A stretch of 64,000 nt of DNA, taken from an uncultured Alphaproteobacteria bacterium (GTDB taxonomy: Bacteria > Pseudomonadota > Alphaproteobacteria > HIMB59 > GCA-002718135). Position 1 is the first letter of the stretch; every line of letters starts with the position of its first letter. The notes beneath the pieces were generated by a model. It saw only the letters and a program-made list of their open reading frames with translations. It was not told the DNA's origin and did no database searches. The DNA is taken from positions 12,206-76,205 of the forward strand of contig CACHAQ010000004.1 in the NCBI GenBank assembly GCA_902577905.1, given 5' to 3'. The translations under genes were made by a program, and so were the position numbers. Below, piece after piece: positions 17,821-28,849 of the stretch.

Positions 17821-18654
17821 TTAAATATAGATAAATACAGTTACACAAATTATAATTAAAGAAGAAAATAATATTTTTTTTTCATTAAAAATTAAATCAA
17901 TAGGGAATTCACCAATATTTTTTGAAAATGATACTTTGTAATACTCATAAACTACAAGTATTAAAAATGGTAAAATAATTATTAAAATATTGTTAGAAAA
18001 TAGAATAAAAATAAATACACATAAAATAAATATAGCCCCATTAATTTTAGAAACTAATTTAAGAATTGCTATTGAATAGTTTAACTTTTTAATTCTTAAT
18101 GTCTCCTGATTAAGAACTTCTAAAGATCTTTTGATTGAAATAACAAACATTGCTAAACAAAAAACTGAAATTGCTAATGATAATGATGTTTCAACTTCGA
18201 TTATGTATGATCCTAAAAATAATCTAATGAGATAGCCAATTGAGATTAAAAACATCTCTAAATATTTTACTTTTTTTAGAAAAAATGAATAACTCACATT
18301 AATAACTAAATAAATCAAAATAAAATAAATAAGTTCAGGAAATAAAATTAAAAGAATTGTAATTACAATAATAAACAAAAAAAATAAAATTAATGAAAAA
18401 TTTAAACTTAAACTTTCAGAAGCTAAAGGTTTTATATTTCTTTTTAGTTTATGAAGCTTATCATCTTTATAATCTAAAATATCATTAAGTATATAAACTG
18501 AGGAAGTTGTAAGAGAAAATATAAAAAATGCTACTAAAACATTAATTATATTTTCTAGTGAATAAAAATTACTAGAAAAAATTATTGGAAAAAAAATTAC
18601 AATATTTTTTATCCAGTCTTTTACTCTGATTAATTGGATTACACTTCTAAACAT
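17821..18654 (-). CDS. UbiA-family prenyltransferase, decaprenyl-phosphate phosphoribosyltransferase (DPPR synthase)-like
   Basis: About 8 TM helices. NDILDYKDDKLHKLKRNIKPLAS matches the ND..D...D..H..KR..(R)P.A signature of the DPPR-synthase subfamily. Confidence 0.6.
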   Translation of the reverse strand: MFRSVIQLIRVKDWIKNIVIFFPIIFSSNFYSLENIINVLVAFFIFSLTTSSVYILNDILDYKDDKLHKLKRNIKPLASESLSLNFSLILFFLFIIVITILLILFPELIYFILIYLVINVSYSFFLKKVKYLEMFLISIGYLIRLFLGSYIIEVETSLSLAISVFCLAMFVISIKRSLEVLNQETLRIKKLNYSIAILKLVSKINGAIFILCVFIFILFSNNILIIILPFLILVVYEYYKVSFSKNIGEFPIDLIFNEKKILFSSLIIICVTVFIYI

Positions 18655-18692
18655 TAGAAATTTGTATAATATAGGATTACTAGTTAAATTAT

Positions 18693-20651
18693 ATGTTTTT
18701 TAAGTTATTTTTATTCTTAACAATTTTAATTAATTTAGGCTTACCATTAGTAAACAAACTAGATCTTGTTTTTATTTTTATATTTATTTCTTTCTTAATA
18801 CTTTTTCCCAGCATCAATTGGGGTATATTTATTAAAAAAAAAATAACCCTATTTTTTTTTATAATTATTACATCAATAAACTTGTTAATTCCAAAAAACT
18901 TTTTTCATGAATTCCATCAAGTTTTTTTAAATAGTAATGACATAGAAATAATCTCTAATTTACTACCTTCCAACGTAATGATAGATATTAAAAAAGACTA
19001 CAATAAGCATTTTGACATTGATAGAGCATTAAAATCAAGAGAGTGGCAAGAAAAGGAATTTAATAAAAGTCAATTTATAAATAAACCGTTTGCATATTCT
19101 TCTGATAATTTTTTTCAAAAATCTAATTTCACTAGAAAAAATAATAAAATAGAATTTAAGATGCGAGAACAATTAAGAATAGGTGAAATTAATTCTGGTA
19201 AATATAATCTTCCTTTTGATAAACAATTTAGAAGAGAATTACCATATTATGTACTATACGAAATTGATAAAAAAGCCTCAAACTCAAAAATTTGTTCTAA
19301 CAAAAAACTTTATTTTTTTGAGTCCAACAAAAAATTAAATCAAAAATTAATTCAGAAACAAACTTTTAGTAAAACAAGTAACGATAATTGTTTGGTTGTC
19401 GGAGGAGATTATAAATATTTATATTTACTAGGATATTCAATTAATTTAGCAGATAATTTAGAAATAAATACTGAATATAATTTAGAAATAATTTTTTTAA
19501 AATCTTTAAAATATTTTTTTACTTTGATTATAATTTTATTAATTTTTAATAGTAATTATCAAAAGAATTATTATGATTTTTTAATTTATTTTATTTCTGT
19601 ATGCAGTGGTTTAATTCTCACATTCATTAGAGATCCAAATCTTATATTTGGAATAAGATACTTTAGAGGTGGGGCTGATGGTCTTCAACACTATTCACAT
19701 GGCAAAGATATTCTAGAGAACATAAGTAATAATAATTTTATATCTGCTCTACAAGGTGGAGAAGATGTCTTTTATTTTATGCCTGGCCTAAGATATTTTA
19801 GTGCTATCAATAATCTTTTTTTTGGAGATACAACATATGGATATTTGATTTTATGCACTTTATTACCTTTATTATTTTTTAAATTGTTCAAAAAAATCAC
19901 TAATAAAAAAATATCATTTTATATTTTTATATCATTTATTTTTATACCAATTTTTGAAAATATGGGTTTTGGATATTTTAATTATATATGGCAATTTGCT
20001 AGACACCATGCTGAGACTTTAAGTATTTTACTTATTGTGTACTCAATTTACTTGATAGTTTGTCTTGATTTAGAAAAGAAAACCAAAGAACCACTATATC
20101 TTATTGGAATTTTTTTATCTTTATCAGTTTTTTTAAGGCCAAATTTTTTTCCAACAAGTTTGGTCTTAGTTTTATGTTCTGTGTTAATTTTATTTCAAAA
20201 CAGAAATTATAAAAGTATTTTTTTCATCCTTACAGGATATTCATTAATTTTTATTTCTTTAATTCATAATTATTATTTTGGTAATAGTTTATTTTTCTTT
20301 ACTGACTCAGGTGTAAATTTTAAACTAAACTTAAAATCGCTAGTTATTTCAATAATATCAATTATAAAATTAGATTTTAATAATGAAAATTTTTTAATAT
20401 TAAAATCACAAATAAGCAACTGGAACCCGCTGTATAATATACACCGTTTAATTATTCTTACATTTATATTTTATATAATATTAAAAAATAAACACAAACT
20501 CATTATTTATAGTCTATTCATATCAATGATTTTACAACATGGTGTATTGCTTGTAAGTCATCCAAGTAGCAGATATGCATATTTAGCTTGGTTACTTACT
20601 TTTGTATTATTTGTTTATTCATTTTTTTATTCTAGAAAAAAAATGAGATGA
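18693..20651 (+). CDS. Large polytopic membrane protein (about 14 TM), possible GT-C-type glycosyltransferase or polymerase
   Basis: 652 aa: three N-terminal TM helices, a K/N-rich soluble insert of about 190 aa, then many TM helices with a conserved-looking loop (RYFRGGADGLQHYSHG...FYFMPGLRYF). No family is recognised by eye. Confidence 0.35.
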   Translation: MFFKLFLFLTILINLGLPLVNKLDLVFIFIFISFLILFPSINWGIFIKKKITLFFFIIITSINLLIPKNFFHEFHQVFLNSNDIEIISNLLPSNVMIDIKKDYNKHFDIDRALKSREWQEKEFNKSQFINKPFAYSSDNFFQKSNFTRKNNKIEFKMREQLRIGEINSGKYNLPFDKQFRRELPYYVLYEIDKKASNSKICSNKKLYFFESNKKLNQKLIQKQTFSKTSNDNCLVVGGDYKYLYLLGYSINLADNLEINTEYNLEIIFLKSLKYFFTLIIILLIFNSNYQKNYYDFLIYFISVCSGLILTFIRDPNLIFGIRYFRGGADGLQHYSHGKDILENISNNNFISALQGGEDVFYFMPGLRYFSAINNLFFGDTTYGYLILCTLLPLLFFKLFKKITNKKISFYIFISFIFIPIFENMGFGYFNYIWQFARHHAETLSILLIVYSIYLIVCLDLEKKTKEPLYLIGIFLSLSVFLRPNFFPTSLVLVLCSVLILFQNRNYKSIFFILTGYSLIFISLIHNYYFGNSLFFFTDSGVNFKLNLKSLVISIISIIKLDFNNENFLILKSQISNWNPLYNIHRLIILTFIFYIILKNKHKLIIYSLFISMILQHGVLLVSHPSSRYAYLAWLLTFVLFVYSFFYSRKKMR

Positions 20652-21202
20652 AAATAATAACGCATTTAAGAAAATTAATTTATCCGTATGAGGATGTAGT
20701 GAAAGAGATACCGCCTTATTCTAATATTCTTGATATTGGATGTGGAAACTCTCATATTCTAGAAGATTTCACAAAACTGAAAATTAATTCATATACTGGA
20801 ATTGATCCTAAGGTGAAAAATAAAATTGAAGAAAAAAATATTTCTATTTCAAATAAAACAATTGAAGAGTTTATCGAAGAAATTGATAAATTTGATTGTA
20901 TATTAATGATTGATGTAATGCATCATTTACAAAAAGAAATCCAGGAAATTCTATTTAGAAATATAATTTCTTCTATGAAAAAAAATTCCCTTTTGATTTA
21001 CAAGGATATTTCAAATAGAAATAAATTTTTTGCTTTTATGAATTGGGCACATGATTTGCTATATAATTTCCAAAAGATTAATTACTTTAGCTCAGATAAC
21101 ATAAAATTAATTCTAAATAATAATGGAGTTGTTTACAAACATTATTTTAAAAGAGTATTTTGGTATGATCATGAGTTTTTTATTATAAGAAATACAAAAT
21201 AA
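20648..21202 (+). CDS. Small class I SAM-dependent methyltransferase
   Basis: ILDIGCGNS (motif I), GIDP and ILMIDVMHHL; 4-nt overlap with the upstream membrane-protein gene. Confidence 0.6.
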   Translation: MKIITHLRKLIYPYEDVVKEIPPYSNILDIGCGNSHILEDFTKLKINSYTGIDPKVKNKIEEKNISISNKTIEEFIEEIDKFDCILMIDVMHHLQKEIQEILFRNIISSMKKNSLLIYKDISNRNKFFAFMNWAHDLLYNFQKINYFSSDNIKLILNNNGVVYKHYFKRVFWYDHEFFIIRNTK

Positions 21203-21203
21203 T

Positions 21204-23000
21204 TTATTCCATTTTAAGAGCATTGAGAAAAGTATTCTGTGGAATGTCTACTTTTCCAAATTGGCGCATTCTTTTTTTTCCTTTTTTTTGTTTGTCTAAA
21301 AGTTTATTCTTTCTTGTAACGTCTCCACCATATAATTTTTGTGTAACATCTTTTCTAAAAGAGGCAACTGTTTCACGAGCAATTACTTTACCTCCTATTG
21401 CAGCTTGGATTGCAACTTTAAATTGTTGTCTTGGAATTAAATCTTTTAATCTTTCACAGAGTGCTCTACCTCTTTGCTCAGATCTATCTTTGTGGACAAT
21501 TAAAGATAAAGCATCTACTGGATCTCCATTTATAAGTATCCCTACTTTAACTAAATTATTTATCTCATATCCAGTAATTTCATAATCAAAACTTGCATAC
21601 CCTTTAGTAATAGATTTTAATCTATCATAAAAGTCAAAAACAACCTCATTTAGTGGAAGCTTATATTCAACTAAAGGTCTATTACCTGCATAACTCATAT
21701 TTAATTGAATACCTCGTTTGGAAGTACATAATTCTAAAACTGATCCTAAAAATTCTTCAGGTACTATTATTGTAGCCTTAATCCAAGGTTCAGAAATATT
21801 TTCAACTTTTACTGGATCTGGCATATCAGTAGGATTGTGTAGATTTATAGTTGATCCATCTTTCATTAATATTTTATAAACAACTGATGGGGCAGTAGTT
21901 ACAAGTTCTAAATTAAATTCTCTTTCAAACCGGTCTCTGATAATTTCTAGATGAAGTAAACCTAAGAAACCACAACGAAAACCATAACCTAATGCTGGAC
22001 TTACTTCTGGTTCATAAGAAAAGCTTGAATCATTTAATGCAAGTTTAGACATACTATCTCTCATATGTTCATAGTCATCTGAGTCGATAGGAAACATTCC
22101 ACAAAAAACGACCGGTTGAGATGGTTTGAAACCTGGAAGAACGTCTTCAGTTGGAAGTTTATCATCTGTTATTGTGTCACCAACTTTACAATCGGAAACA
22201 CTTTTAATACCAGAATTTATGAAACCTATTTCTCCTGGTCCAAGTGTATCAACTTCAGTTGCTTTAGGAGAAAAAATTCCGACTCTGTCAATTGTATATG
22301 TTGCACCTGTTGCCATAAATCTAATTTTTTGTCCTTTTTTAAGCTCTCCATTTATCACTCTTACAAGTACCACGACACCAAGATAACTATCATACCAACT
22401 ATCAACTAACATACATTTTAATTCTTTGCTTATTTCACCTAATGGAGATGGAAGAAGTGTTATAATTTTATTTAATAAATTTTCTATACCTGCACCTGTT
22501 TTTGCTGAAACAAGAGAAGCATTGTCTGTTTCAATACCAAGAACATCTTCAATTTGTGATTTTATTTTATCTGGCTCAGATGAGGGAAGATCAATTTTAT
22601 TAAGCACGGGCAAAATTTCGTGATCATTATTAATAGCCTGGTACGCATTAGCTAATGTTTGTGCCTCAACACCCTGAGTAGAATCAACTATTAACAAAGA
22701 CCCTTCGCATGCTGCTAAAGATCTTGATACCTCATATGAAAAATCAACATGACCTGGAGTGTCCATAATATTAAGTATGTAAGTTTTGCCATCTTTTGAT
22801 TTGTAAGAAAGTCTAACTGTTTGAGCTTTTATTGTAATGCCTCTTTCTCTTTCTAATTCCATTGAGTCTAGAACCTGTTCTTTCATTTCTCTATCAGTTA
22901 AACCACCACAAAACTGTATTAGTCTATCGGCTAACGTTGATTTTCCATGATCTATGTGAGCAACAATTGAGAAATTACGAATAGAACTAAGTTCTGTCAT
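21204..23000 (-). CDS. lepA: Translation elongation factor 4 (LepA)
   Basis: [28 protein letters not shown] and NKID G-motifs; C-terminal LepA-specific domain; 598 aa. Confidence 0.95.
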   Translation of the reverse strand: MTELSSIRNFSIVAHIDHGKSTLADRLIQFCGGLTDREMKEQVLDSMELERERGITIKAQTVRLSYKSKDGKTYILNIMDTPGHVDFSYEVSRSLAACEGSLLIVDSTQGVEAQTLANAYQAINNDHEILPVLNKIDLPSSEPDKIKSQIEDVLGIETDNASLVSAKTGAGIENLLNKIITLLPSPLGEISKELKCMLVDSWYDSYLGVVVLVRVINGELKKGQKIRFMATGATYTIDRVGIFSPKATEVDTLGPGEIGFINSGIKSVSDCKVGDTITDDKLPTEDVLPGFKPSQPVVFCGMFPIDSDDYEHMRDSMSKLALNDSSFSYEPEVSPALGYGFRCGFLGLLHLEIIRDRFEREFNLELVTTAPSVVYKILMKDGSTINLHNPTDMPDPVKVENISEPWIKATIIVPEEFLGSVLELCTSKRGIQLNMSYAGNRPLVEYKLPLNEVVFDFYDRLKSITKGYASFDYEITGYEINNLVKVGILINGDPVDALSLIVHKDRSEQRGRALCERLKDLIPRQQFKVAIQAAIGGKVIARETVASFRKDVTQKLYGGDVTRKNKLLDKQKKGKKRMRQFGKVDIPQNTFLNALKME

Positions 23001-25390
23001 TATTTTCTTATAGATGCATCAAAAGACTTAGATATTTCGTCTATTATTTTGTTTGATAATTCCTCAATTTCTTGATCGTTGAATGTTTTATCTTGAGGTT
23101 GAAGTAAAACCCTAAAAGCAATACTTTTTTTATTTTCTGGAAGTTTATCACCATCATAAACATCAAATATCATTACGTTTTGAATTATATTTTTATCTAT
23201 TTTTTTTACTTTTTTAATTATCTCACCAGCCTTTACTTCTTTTGGGAAAAGAAAGGCAAAGTCTCTTTCAACCATTTGATAGGGATTGTTAGTAAAACCT
23301 CCTTTTGAAGAAGATTTATTTTCTTGAAATTGTGAAATATTCTCCAAATATATTTCAAAACCATATACCTTGAAATTAACATCCATTGTTTTTAATAGAA
23401 CTGGATGTAATTCTCCAAAATTAGCTATTTTGTTTTTACCAAGCCTCAAAGAAGATGATTTGCCAGGATGATAAATTTTACCTTCTAATTTTTCATATAG
23501 CAAATTATCTATAGGTACATTTAAATCAGCTAAAATAGAAAATAAATCAGCTTTTATACTAAAGACATCAATATTTTTTTTATTTGATAACCAATTTTGT
23601 TCATCAGATGAGCCATAAGCTATAGCAGTGGCAACATTTTCTTGTTGGTCAGGTAGTGATTTAGAAAAGTTTGGACCTACTTCAAATATTTTAGCCCTCA
23701 AGTACATTCTTGCTTTATTTTGATTTATTGCTTCTAATAAATTTGGAAGCGTAGATGGTCTCATCGTATTTAAATCGGTACTTATAGGATTTTTTAAACT
23801 AATTATTTCATCTGATATAATTTTTGCATTATTTTCATCCATAAACGACCAAGTTACAACTTCAGAATATCCATTCAGAGCCATAATTTTTTTACTTTTA
23901 TAAAAAGTTTTTGTTTTGGTATTTAAAATCTGCTTTTTTTCTTCTTGATTAGTTACTTTTTTAAGAGGAATTTTATTATAACCATAAATTCTAATTATTT
24001 CTTCGACGATATCTGCCTCACCAACAATATCTGGTCTAAAAGTAGGACTTTGAATTTCAAATTTTGATTTTTTTTCATTAACAGAAAAACCAAGTGAAAC
24101 TAAAATTTTTTCTTGTTCCTCATTATTGATTTCTATTCCACCGAAAGTCTTCACTTTATTTGTATCAAACATAAATGGTTTACTTTTTTCTATATTAATT
24201 TCTGAAGAGACAAATTCACTAACTTCACCACCACATAATTCTAAAATCATTTGAGTTGCAGCATCTACACCCCAATAGATGGAATCAGTATCTATCCCTC
24301 TTTCAAAACGGTAACGTGCATCACTTTGAAGATTAAGTTTTCTTCCAGTTTTAGTGACAGAAACTGGATCAAATAACGCAACTTCTAAAAAAACATTTTT
24401 GGTTTCCATACTACAACCACTATCAAAGCCACCCATGACCCCGCCAATTCCATGAAGTTTATTTTCATCATCAGAAATTACAATCATATCACTATCACAT
24501 TTATAATTAACTTCATTTAGTGCTAAACACTGTTCATTTTTGTTGGCTAGTCGCATTTTTAAATTGCCTGAAACTTTGTCAGCATCATAAACATGTAGCG
24601 GTCTTCCCAAGTCAAAAGTAATGTAATTTGTAATGTCAACAAGAGCTGAAATAGGCCTTAATCCGATTGCAGTTAATCTATCTTGAAGCCATTTAGGGCT
24701 TTCTACATTTTTGACATTTTTAAAATATCGACCTGCTACTCCAGGACATAGATTATTATTTTGAAATTCTTTTTTCCACGTAATTGGACTTTTGAATGAT
24801 TCTTTTGATTTTTTATAATTTATGTCTTTTAATTTACCAATTCCTGCTGCCGCTAAATCTCTTGCGATACCTCTGACCGATAAACAGTCAGATCTATTTG
24901 GAGTTAAATTAATTTCAATAATAGGTTCATCTATTGCAAAAATTTTACTAAATAAATCACCAATTTTATAATTATCTTTTACTTCAATAATTCCATCATG
25001 TTCATCAGAAATACCCATCTCTCTTTCTGAGACAAGCATTCCGCAAGACTCAACTCCTCTAATTTTAGTTTTTTTTAAATGTAAGTCAGTTCCAGGAATA
25101 TAACTATTTTCTGGCGCAAAAATTCCAAGCATGCCTTCTTTTGCATTTGGAGCACCACACACAACTTGATAATTTCCATTTATTGTTTCAACCTGACATA
25201 CTTTAAGCTTATCTGCATCTGGATGTTTTTCTGCTTTTAAAACTTTAGCTACTGTAAAATTCTTAAATATTTCTGATTTATCTTCTACACTTTCTATCTC
25301 TAAACCAATATTGGTTAAAGTATCTGTTATGGTATTTAAATTTTCAGAAGTATCTAAATGATCTTTTAGCCAGTCTAGTGTAAATTTCAT
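23000..25390 (-). CDS. pheT: Phenylalanine--tRNA ligase beta subunit
   Basis: [13 protein letters not shown]-terminus with tRNA-binding, B3/4, B5 and FDX-ACB domains; 796 aa. Confidence 0.92.
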   Translation of the reverse strand: MKFTLDWLKDHLDTSENLNTITDTLTNIGLEIESVEDKSEIFKNFTVAKVLKAEKHPDADKLKVCQVETINGNYQVVCGAPNAKEGMLGIFAPENSYIPGTDLHLKKTKIRGVESCGMLVSEREMGISDEHDGIIEVKDNYKIGDLFSKIFAIDEPIIEINLTPNRSDCLSVRGIARDLAAAGIGKLKDINYKKSKESFKSPITWKKEFQNNNLCPGVAGRYFKNVKNVESPKWLQDRLTAIGLRPISALVDITNYITFDLGRPLHVYDADKVSGNLKMRLANKNEQCLALNEVNYKCDSDMIVISDDENKLHGIGGVMGGFDSGCSMETKNVFLEVALFDPVSVTKTGRKLNLQSDARYRFERGIDTDSIYWGVDAATQMILELCGGEVSEFVSSEINIEKSKPFMFDTNKVKTFGGIEINNEEQEKILVSLGFSVNEKKSKFEIQSPTFRPDIVGEADIVEEIIRIYGYNKIPLKKVTNQEEKKQILNTKTKTFYKSKKIMALNGYSEVVTWSFMDENNAKIISDEIISLKNPISTDLNTMRPSTLPNLLEAINQNKARMYLRAKIFEVGPNFSKSLPDQQENVATAIAYGSSDEQNWLSNKKNIDVFSIKADLFSILADLNVPIDNLLYEKLEGKIYHPGKSSSLRLGKNKIANFGELHPVLLKTMDVNFKVYGFEIYLENISQFQENKSSSKGGFTNNPYQMVERDFAFLFPKEVKAGEIIKKVKKIDKNIIQNVMIFDVYDGDKLPENKKSIAFRVLLQPQDKTFNDQEIEELSNKIIDEISKSFDASIRK

Positions 25391-26452
25391 TTATAGCCCT
25401 GATCGTGTTTGGTTATCCAAAATACTAAAACCATAATGATCCAGCCATCTATAATTTGGATCAAAAAAACTTCTTAAATCTGTAATGCCATATTTAAGCA
25501 TCGACAAACGCTCAATTCCCATACCAAAAGCAAAACCCTGATACTGTTTTGAATCGATATTACAATTATCTAAAACTATAGGATTGACCATTCCACAACC
25601 CAATATTTCTAACCATTTATCTCCTTCACCAATTTTAATTTTATTATTTACTTTGGTATAAGCTACATCCATTTCTGCACTAGGCTCGGTAAAAGGAAAG
25701 TAACTAGGGCGAAAACGGTATTGTAAGTTTTTTACTTCGAAAAATTCTTCTAAGAATGAAACAAGTGTTGATTTTAAATCAACCATTGTAGAACTTGTAT
25801 CAACGACTAAACCTTCAACCTGATGAAACATAGGAGCATGTGTAGCATCGGAGTCACTTCTATAAGTCCTGCCCGGCACAATAATTTTAATAGGTGGTTT
25901 TGTGTTGAGCATAGTTCTCACTTGAACAGGGCTAGTATGGGTTCGAAGAACATTTTTGTCTTCGTTATCCTGAATATAAAAAGTATCCTGCATTTCTCTT
26001 GCTGGATGATGTTCTGGGATATTTAAAGCTGTAAAATTATTAAAATCTGTTTCTATATCTGGGCCTGTTTCTACTGCATAATTTAAATTTCCAAAAATTT
26101 CGATAATATTAAATATTGTTTGACTTATTGGATGTATTTTTCCTTTTTCAGAAATATTAGGTGGTAGAGTAACATCAATTGATTCTAAATTAATCTTGTT
26201 TGAAATTTCAATATTTTCAATTTCTGTTCTTTGGTTTTTAATACCTTCTTCAATTTCTTTTTTAATAATATTTAATTCCTGTCCTTTCGATTTTTTTTCT
26301 TCAATCGACAAAGAGCCTAATCCTTTTAAAGCTTCAGGTATTAATCCTTTTTTACCTAGATAATATAGTCGAAGTTTTTCTAAATCTTCGAAGGATTTTG
26401 AAGCTTTAATTTTTTTTAGAACATCAATTTTATTTTCAGCAAATGCCATCAA
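25391..26452 (-). CDS. pheS: Phenylalanine--tRNA ligase alpha subunit
   Basis: Class II motifs: HPAREMQDTFY, LRTHTSPVQ, FRPSYFPFTEPS and GFAFGMGIERL. Confidence 0.92.
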   Translation of the reverse strand: MMAFAENKIDVLKKIKASKSFEDLEKLRLYYLGKKGLIPEALKGLGSLSIEEKKSKGQELNIIKKEIEEGIKNQRTEIENIEISNKINLESIDVTLPPNISEKGKIHPISQTIFNIIEIFGNLNYAVETGPDIETDFNNFTALNIPEHHPAREMQDTFYIQDNEDKNVLRTHTSPVQVRTMLNTKPPIKIIVPGRTYRSDSDATHAPMFHQVEGLVVDTSSTMVDLKSTLVSFLEEFFEVKNLQYRFRPSYFPFTEPSAEMDVAYTKVNNKIKIGEGDKWLEILGCGMVNPIVLDNCNIDSKQYQGFAFGMGIERLSMLKYGITDLRSFFDPNYRWLDHYGFSILDNQTRSGL

Positions 26453-26478
26453 TATCTATTATATTTTATTAATTAAAA

Positions 26479-26832
26479 TTATCTAGCAGATTGAGCTTTA
26501 TCAACTAAAGCTTTAAAAGCCTCTGGCTGGTTAACTGCAAGATCCGCTAAAATCTTTCTATCTATTTCAATAGATGATTTTTTAAGACCAGATATAAATT
26601 GCGAATATGTTAAACCATGAAGTCTAACACCAGCATTGATTCTTTGAATCCATAAACCCCTAAAATCACTTTTTCTTTTTTTACGATCTCTATAAGCATA
26701 TTGCATACCTCTTTCGACAGCCTGCACAGCAACTCGAAAAACATTTTTTCTTCTACCGTAATAACCTTTTGCTCTTTTAATTACTTTTTTGTGTCTAGCT
26801 CTTGCTGTTACACCTCGTGATACTCTTGCCAT
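26479..26832 (-). CDS. rplT: 50S ribosomal protein L20
   Basis: [16 protein letters not shown]... The start is set at ATG 26832, 10 nt after the rpmI stop and preceded by AAGGGG. The 26833-26871 extension on the ORF track is rejected. Confidence 0.92.
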   Translation of the reverse strand: MARVSRGVTARARHKKVIKRAKGYYGRRKNVFRVAVQAVERGMQYAYRDRKKRKSDFRGLWIQRINAGVRLHGLTYSQFISGLKKSSIEIDRKILADLAVNQPEAFKALVDKAQSAR

Positions 26833-26842
26833 TGATTTCCCC

Positions 26843-27043
26843 TTACTTGTTGTATGGTAACATATGATCAATCAAAGCAGAATCACCTGGTGACATAATT
26901 GCAGATCTTTTCGTGTTACGAATAAATTTATTGGAACGTTTACTCATTCCATGCCTCTTTCCAGCAGGTTTAAATTTAATTTTACCAGTACCTGTTCTAG
27001 AAAATCTTTTTTTTAAACTACTCTTAGTTTTAAGCTTGGGCAT
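26843..27043 (-). CDS. rpmI: 50S ribosomal protein L35
   Basis: [21 protein letters not shown]; 66 aa; sits in the infC-rpmI-rplT order. Confidence 0.92.
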   Translation of the reverse strand: MPKLKTKSSLKKRFSRTGTGKIKFKPAGKRHGMSKRSNKFIRNTKRSAIMSPGDSALIDHMLPYNK

Positions 27044-27145
27044 TACTATCTCCTATATTGTAAGTTTTCCCGTTAGGCTGCCCCGCAGGCCATAACAAGT
27101 TTTAAGGGCTTATACTGATAATTGAGTATTTTGCAATATGTAGAA

Positions 27146-27685
27146 TTATTTAGCAACTTGAGGGACAAGTATCATCATTATTTGTCTTCCCTCAAACTTA
27201 GGAGCTACTTCAACTTTTGCATATTCTTCGACTTCTGAAGTTAGTTTTTTTAGAAGATCAAAGCCTAAATTTTGATGCTCCATTTCACGTCCTCTGAAAC
27301 GCATAGAGACTTTAACTTTATTACCACCACCTATAAACTTTGAGAGTGCTTTAATTTTAACATTATAATCGTGGGTATCAATGCCAGGTCTCATTTTAAT
27401 CTCTTTAACTTCAATTGTTTTTTGTTTCTTTTTTGCTTCTTTCTTACTTTTTTGCTCTCTATATTTTAATTTACCATAATCTATAATTTTACAAACTGGT
27501 GGATTAGCTTCAGGAGACACTTCAACTAAATCAAAACCTTCATCTTCTGCTTGAATTAGAGCTTCACGAATGCTTAAGATCCCCATTTGTTTACCACTAC
27601 TAGATATTAGTCTGACTTCACTTGCAGTAATCTGCTCATTGATTCTTGGACCAGTATCTTTCTTTGTTTTGAAATTTACAGCCAA
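27146..27685 (-). CDS. infC: Translation initiation factor IF-3
   Basis: INEQITASEVRLIS, PPVCKIIDYGKLKY and IKMRPGIDTHDY motifs. There is no in-frame ATG at the 5' end; candidate starts are TTG 27685 or ATA 27691. Confidence 0.9.
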   Translation of the reverse strand: MAVNFKTKKDTGPRINEQITASEVRLISSSGKQMGILSIREALIQAEDEGFDLVEVSPEANPPVCKIIDYGKLKYREQKSKKEAKKKQKTIEVKEIKMRPGIDTHDYNVKIKALSKFIGGGNKVKVSMRFRGREMEHQNLGFDLLKKLTSEVEEYAKVEVAPKFEGRQIMMILVPQVAK

Positions 27686-27841
27686 AGTTATATAGAGATT
27701 GAGTTAAAGCTATTAATTAATAGCATATTAGGAAATTAAGTCTTTTGTCATACTTTGTTAGGATATAATCTCAAATGAATTTAAATTCAAGGGCTGATTT
27801 TAAAAAATATAAACTGTTTTTTAAGTTATTAAATACACTTT

Positions 27842-28849
27842 ATGAAAATTTGTTTAATTAGAAACGATAAAATGGGAGATATGATCCTTACTCTTCCAGT
27901 TGTTCAAGGACTAAAACAAGCTAATCAGGATTGTAAAATTGATATTGTATGTTCTCAAAAAAATCAAAAAATATGTAAAAAATATAAATCTATTAACAAA
28001 ATTTTTTTACTTCAAAATAAATTTTATCAAGTCTTGAAAATAATTTTAAAATTAAGAAATGAAGATTATGATTATATTTTCACATTTAGCCCTGGTATAT
28101 TCAGTATATTAATATCAATTTTTTCTAAAAGTAAAATAAAGTCATTATTAATTTTTAAATCTCGATACAAAAATAATTACATGAGTAAATTTTTTGATAG
28201 AATTTTGGGTAAAATCTTTTTTACTCACTGCTTAATAATCGATCGTCAAATAAGATATTCCAAAAAAATACCAATTCATCAAACAGAAATTATGATGGAG
28301 TTAGTTACTAAAAGTGGATTAAGTTATAATAATACTGCAGAAATTAAGAATGAATTAGGATTTAATAAAATAGAAATAAGTTCTAAGAAATTATGCTTAA
28401 TTCACTTGTCTTCAAAATGGATCAATAAATATTTTTCAGAAGAAAACTTTATTAAACTATTAGACAATCTTAAAAATTTGAAAATCAATATTGTAATAAC
28501 AACTGATGGAACATCAAAAAATGTATTCTATGAAATATTTAAAAAATATGAAGTTATTACTAATGAAGAGTTTGAAAATCTTAAAAGTATAAATAATATT
28601 TTAATCTTAGATAAATTAAGTTTTGATAATTGGACATCAATAATAAACTCTTCAACATATGTAATTACACCTGAATGTGGATGCACACATATTGCATCAC
28701 TTTCTGAAACGAAACTTTGTGTTATTTATGATTCAGATAATCTTCCAGGTATGATTGCAGATGAATATGCGCCATGGAAGAAAAAATATACTAAACTATT
28801 CTCTAACAACCAAAATTTAGAAAAAGAATTAATTTCATTTATTGATTAA
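27842..28849 (+). CDS. Glycosyltransferase family 9 (LPS heptosyltransferase-like)
   Basis: The N-terminal KICLIRNDKMGDMILTLPV motif is typical of GT9; 335 aa. Confidence 0.6.
   Translation: MKICLIRNDKMGDMILTLPVVQGLKQANQDCKIDIVCSQKNQKICKKYKSINKIFLLQNKFYQVLKIILKLRNEDYDYIFTFSPGIFSILISIFSKSKIKSLLIFKSRYKNNYMSKFFDRILGKIFFTHCLIIDRQIRYSKKIPIHQTEIMMELVTKSGLSYNNTAEIKNELGFNKIEISSKKLCLIHLSSKWINKYFSEENFIKLLDNLKNLKINIVITTDGTSKNVFYEIFKKYEVITNEEFENLKSINNILILDKLSFDNWTSIINSSTYVITPECGCTHIASLSETKLCVIYDSDNLPGMIADEYAPWKKKYTKLFSNNQNLEKELISFID

Noticed and set aside
21223-22623. Four plus-strand ORFs (21223-21585, 22116-22409, 22126-22386, 22426-22623).
   Set aside because: They lie entirely antisense within the strongly supported lepA gene. 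They are shadow ORFs with no motifs.
26833-26871. A 13-codon N-terminal extension of rplT ([13 protein letters not shown]).
   Set aside because: It overlaps the end of rpmI. Canonical L20 starts at MARV, with an AAGGGG Shine-Dalgarno-like element just upstream.
27775-27861. A 28-codon ORF in the infC/GT9 divergent spacer.
   Set aside because: It is short and low in complexity. It runs into the GT9 gene in another frame and has no motif. It is most likely promoter DNA.
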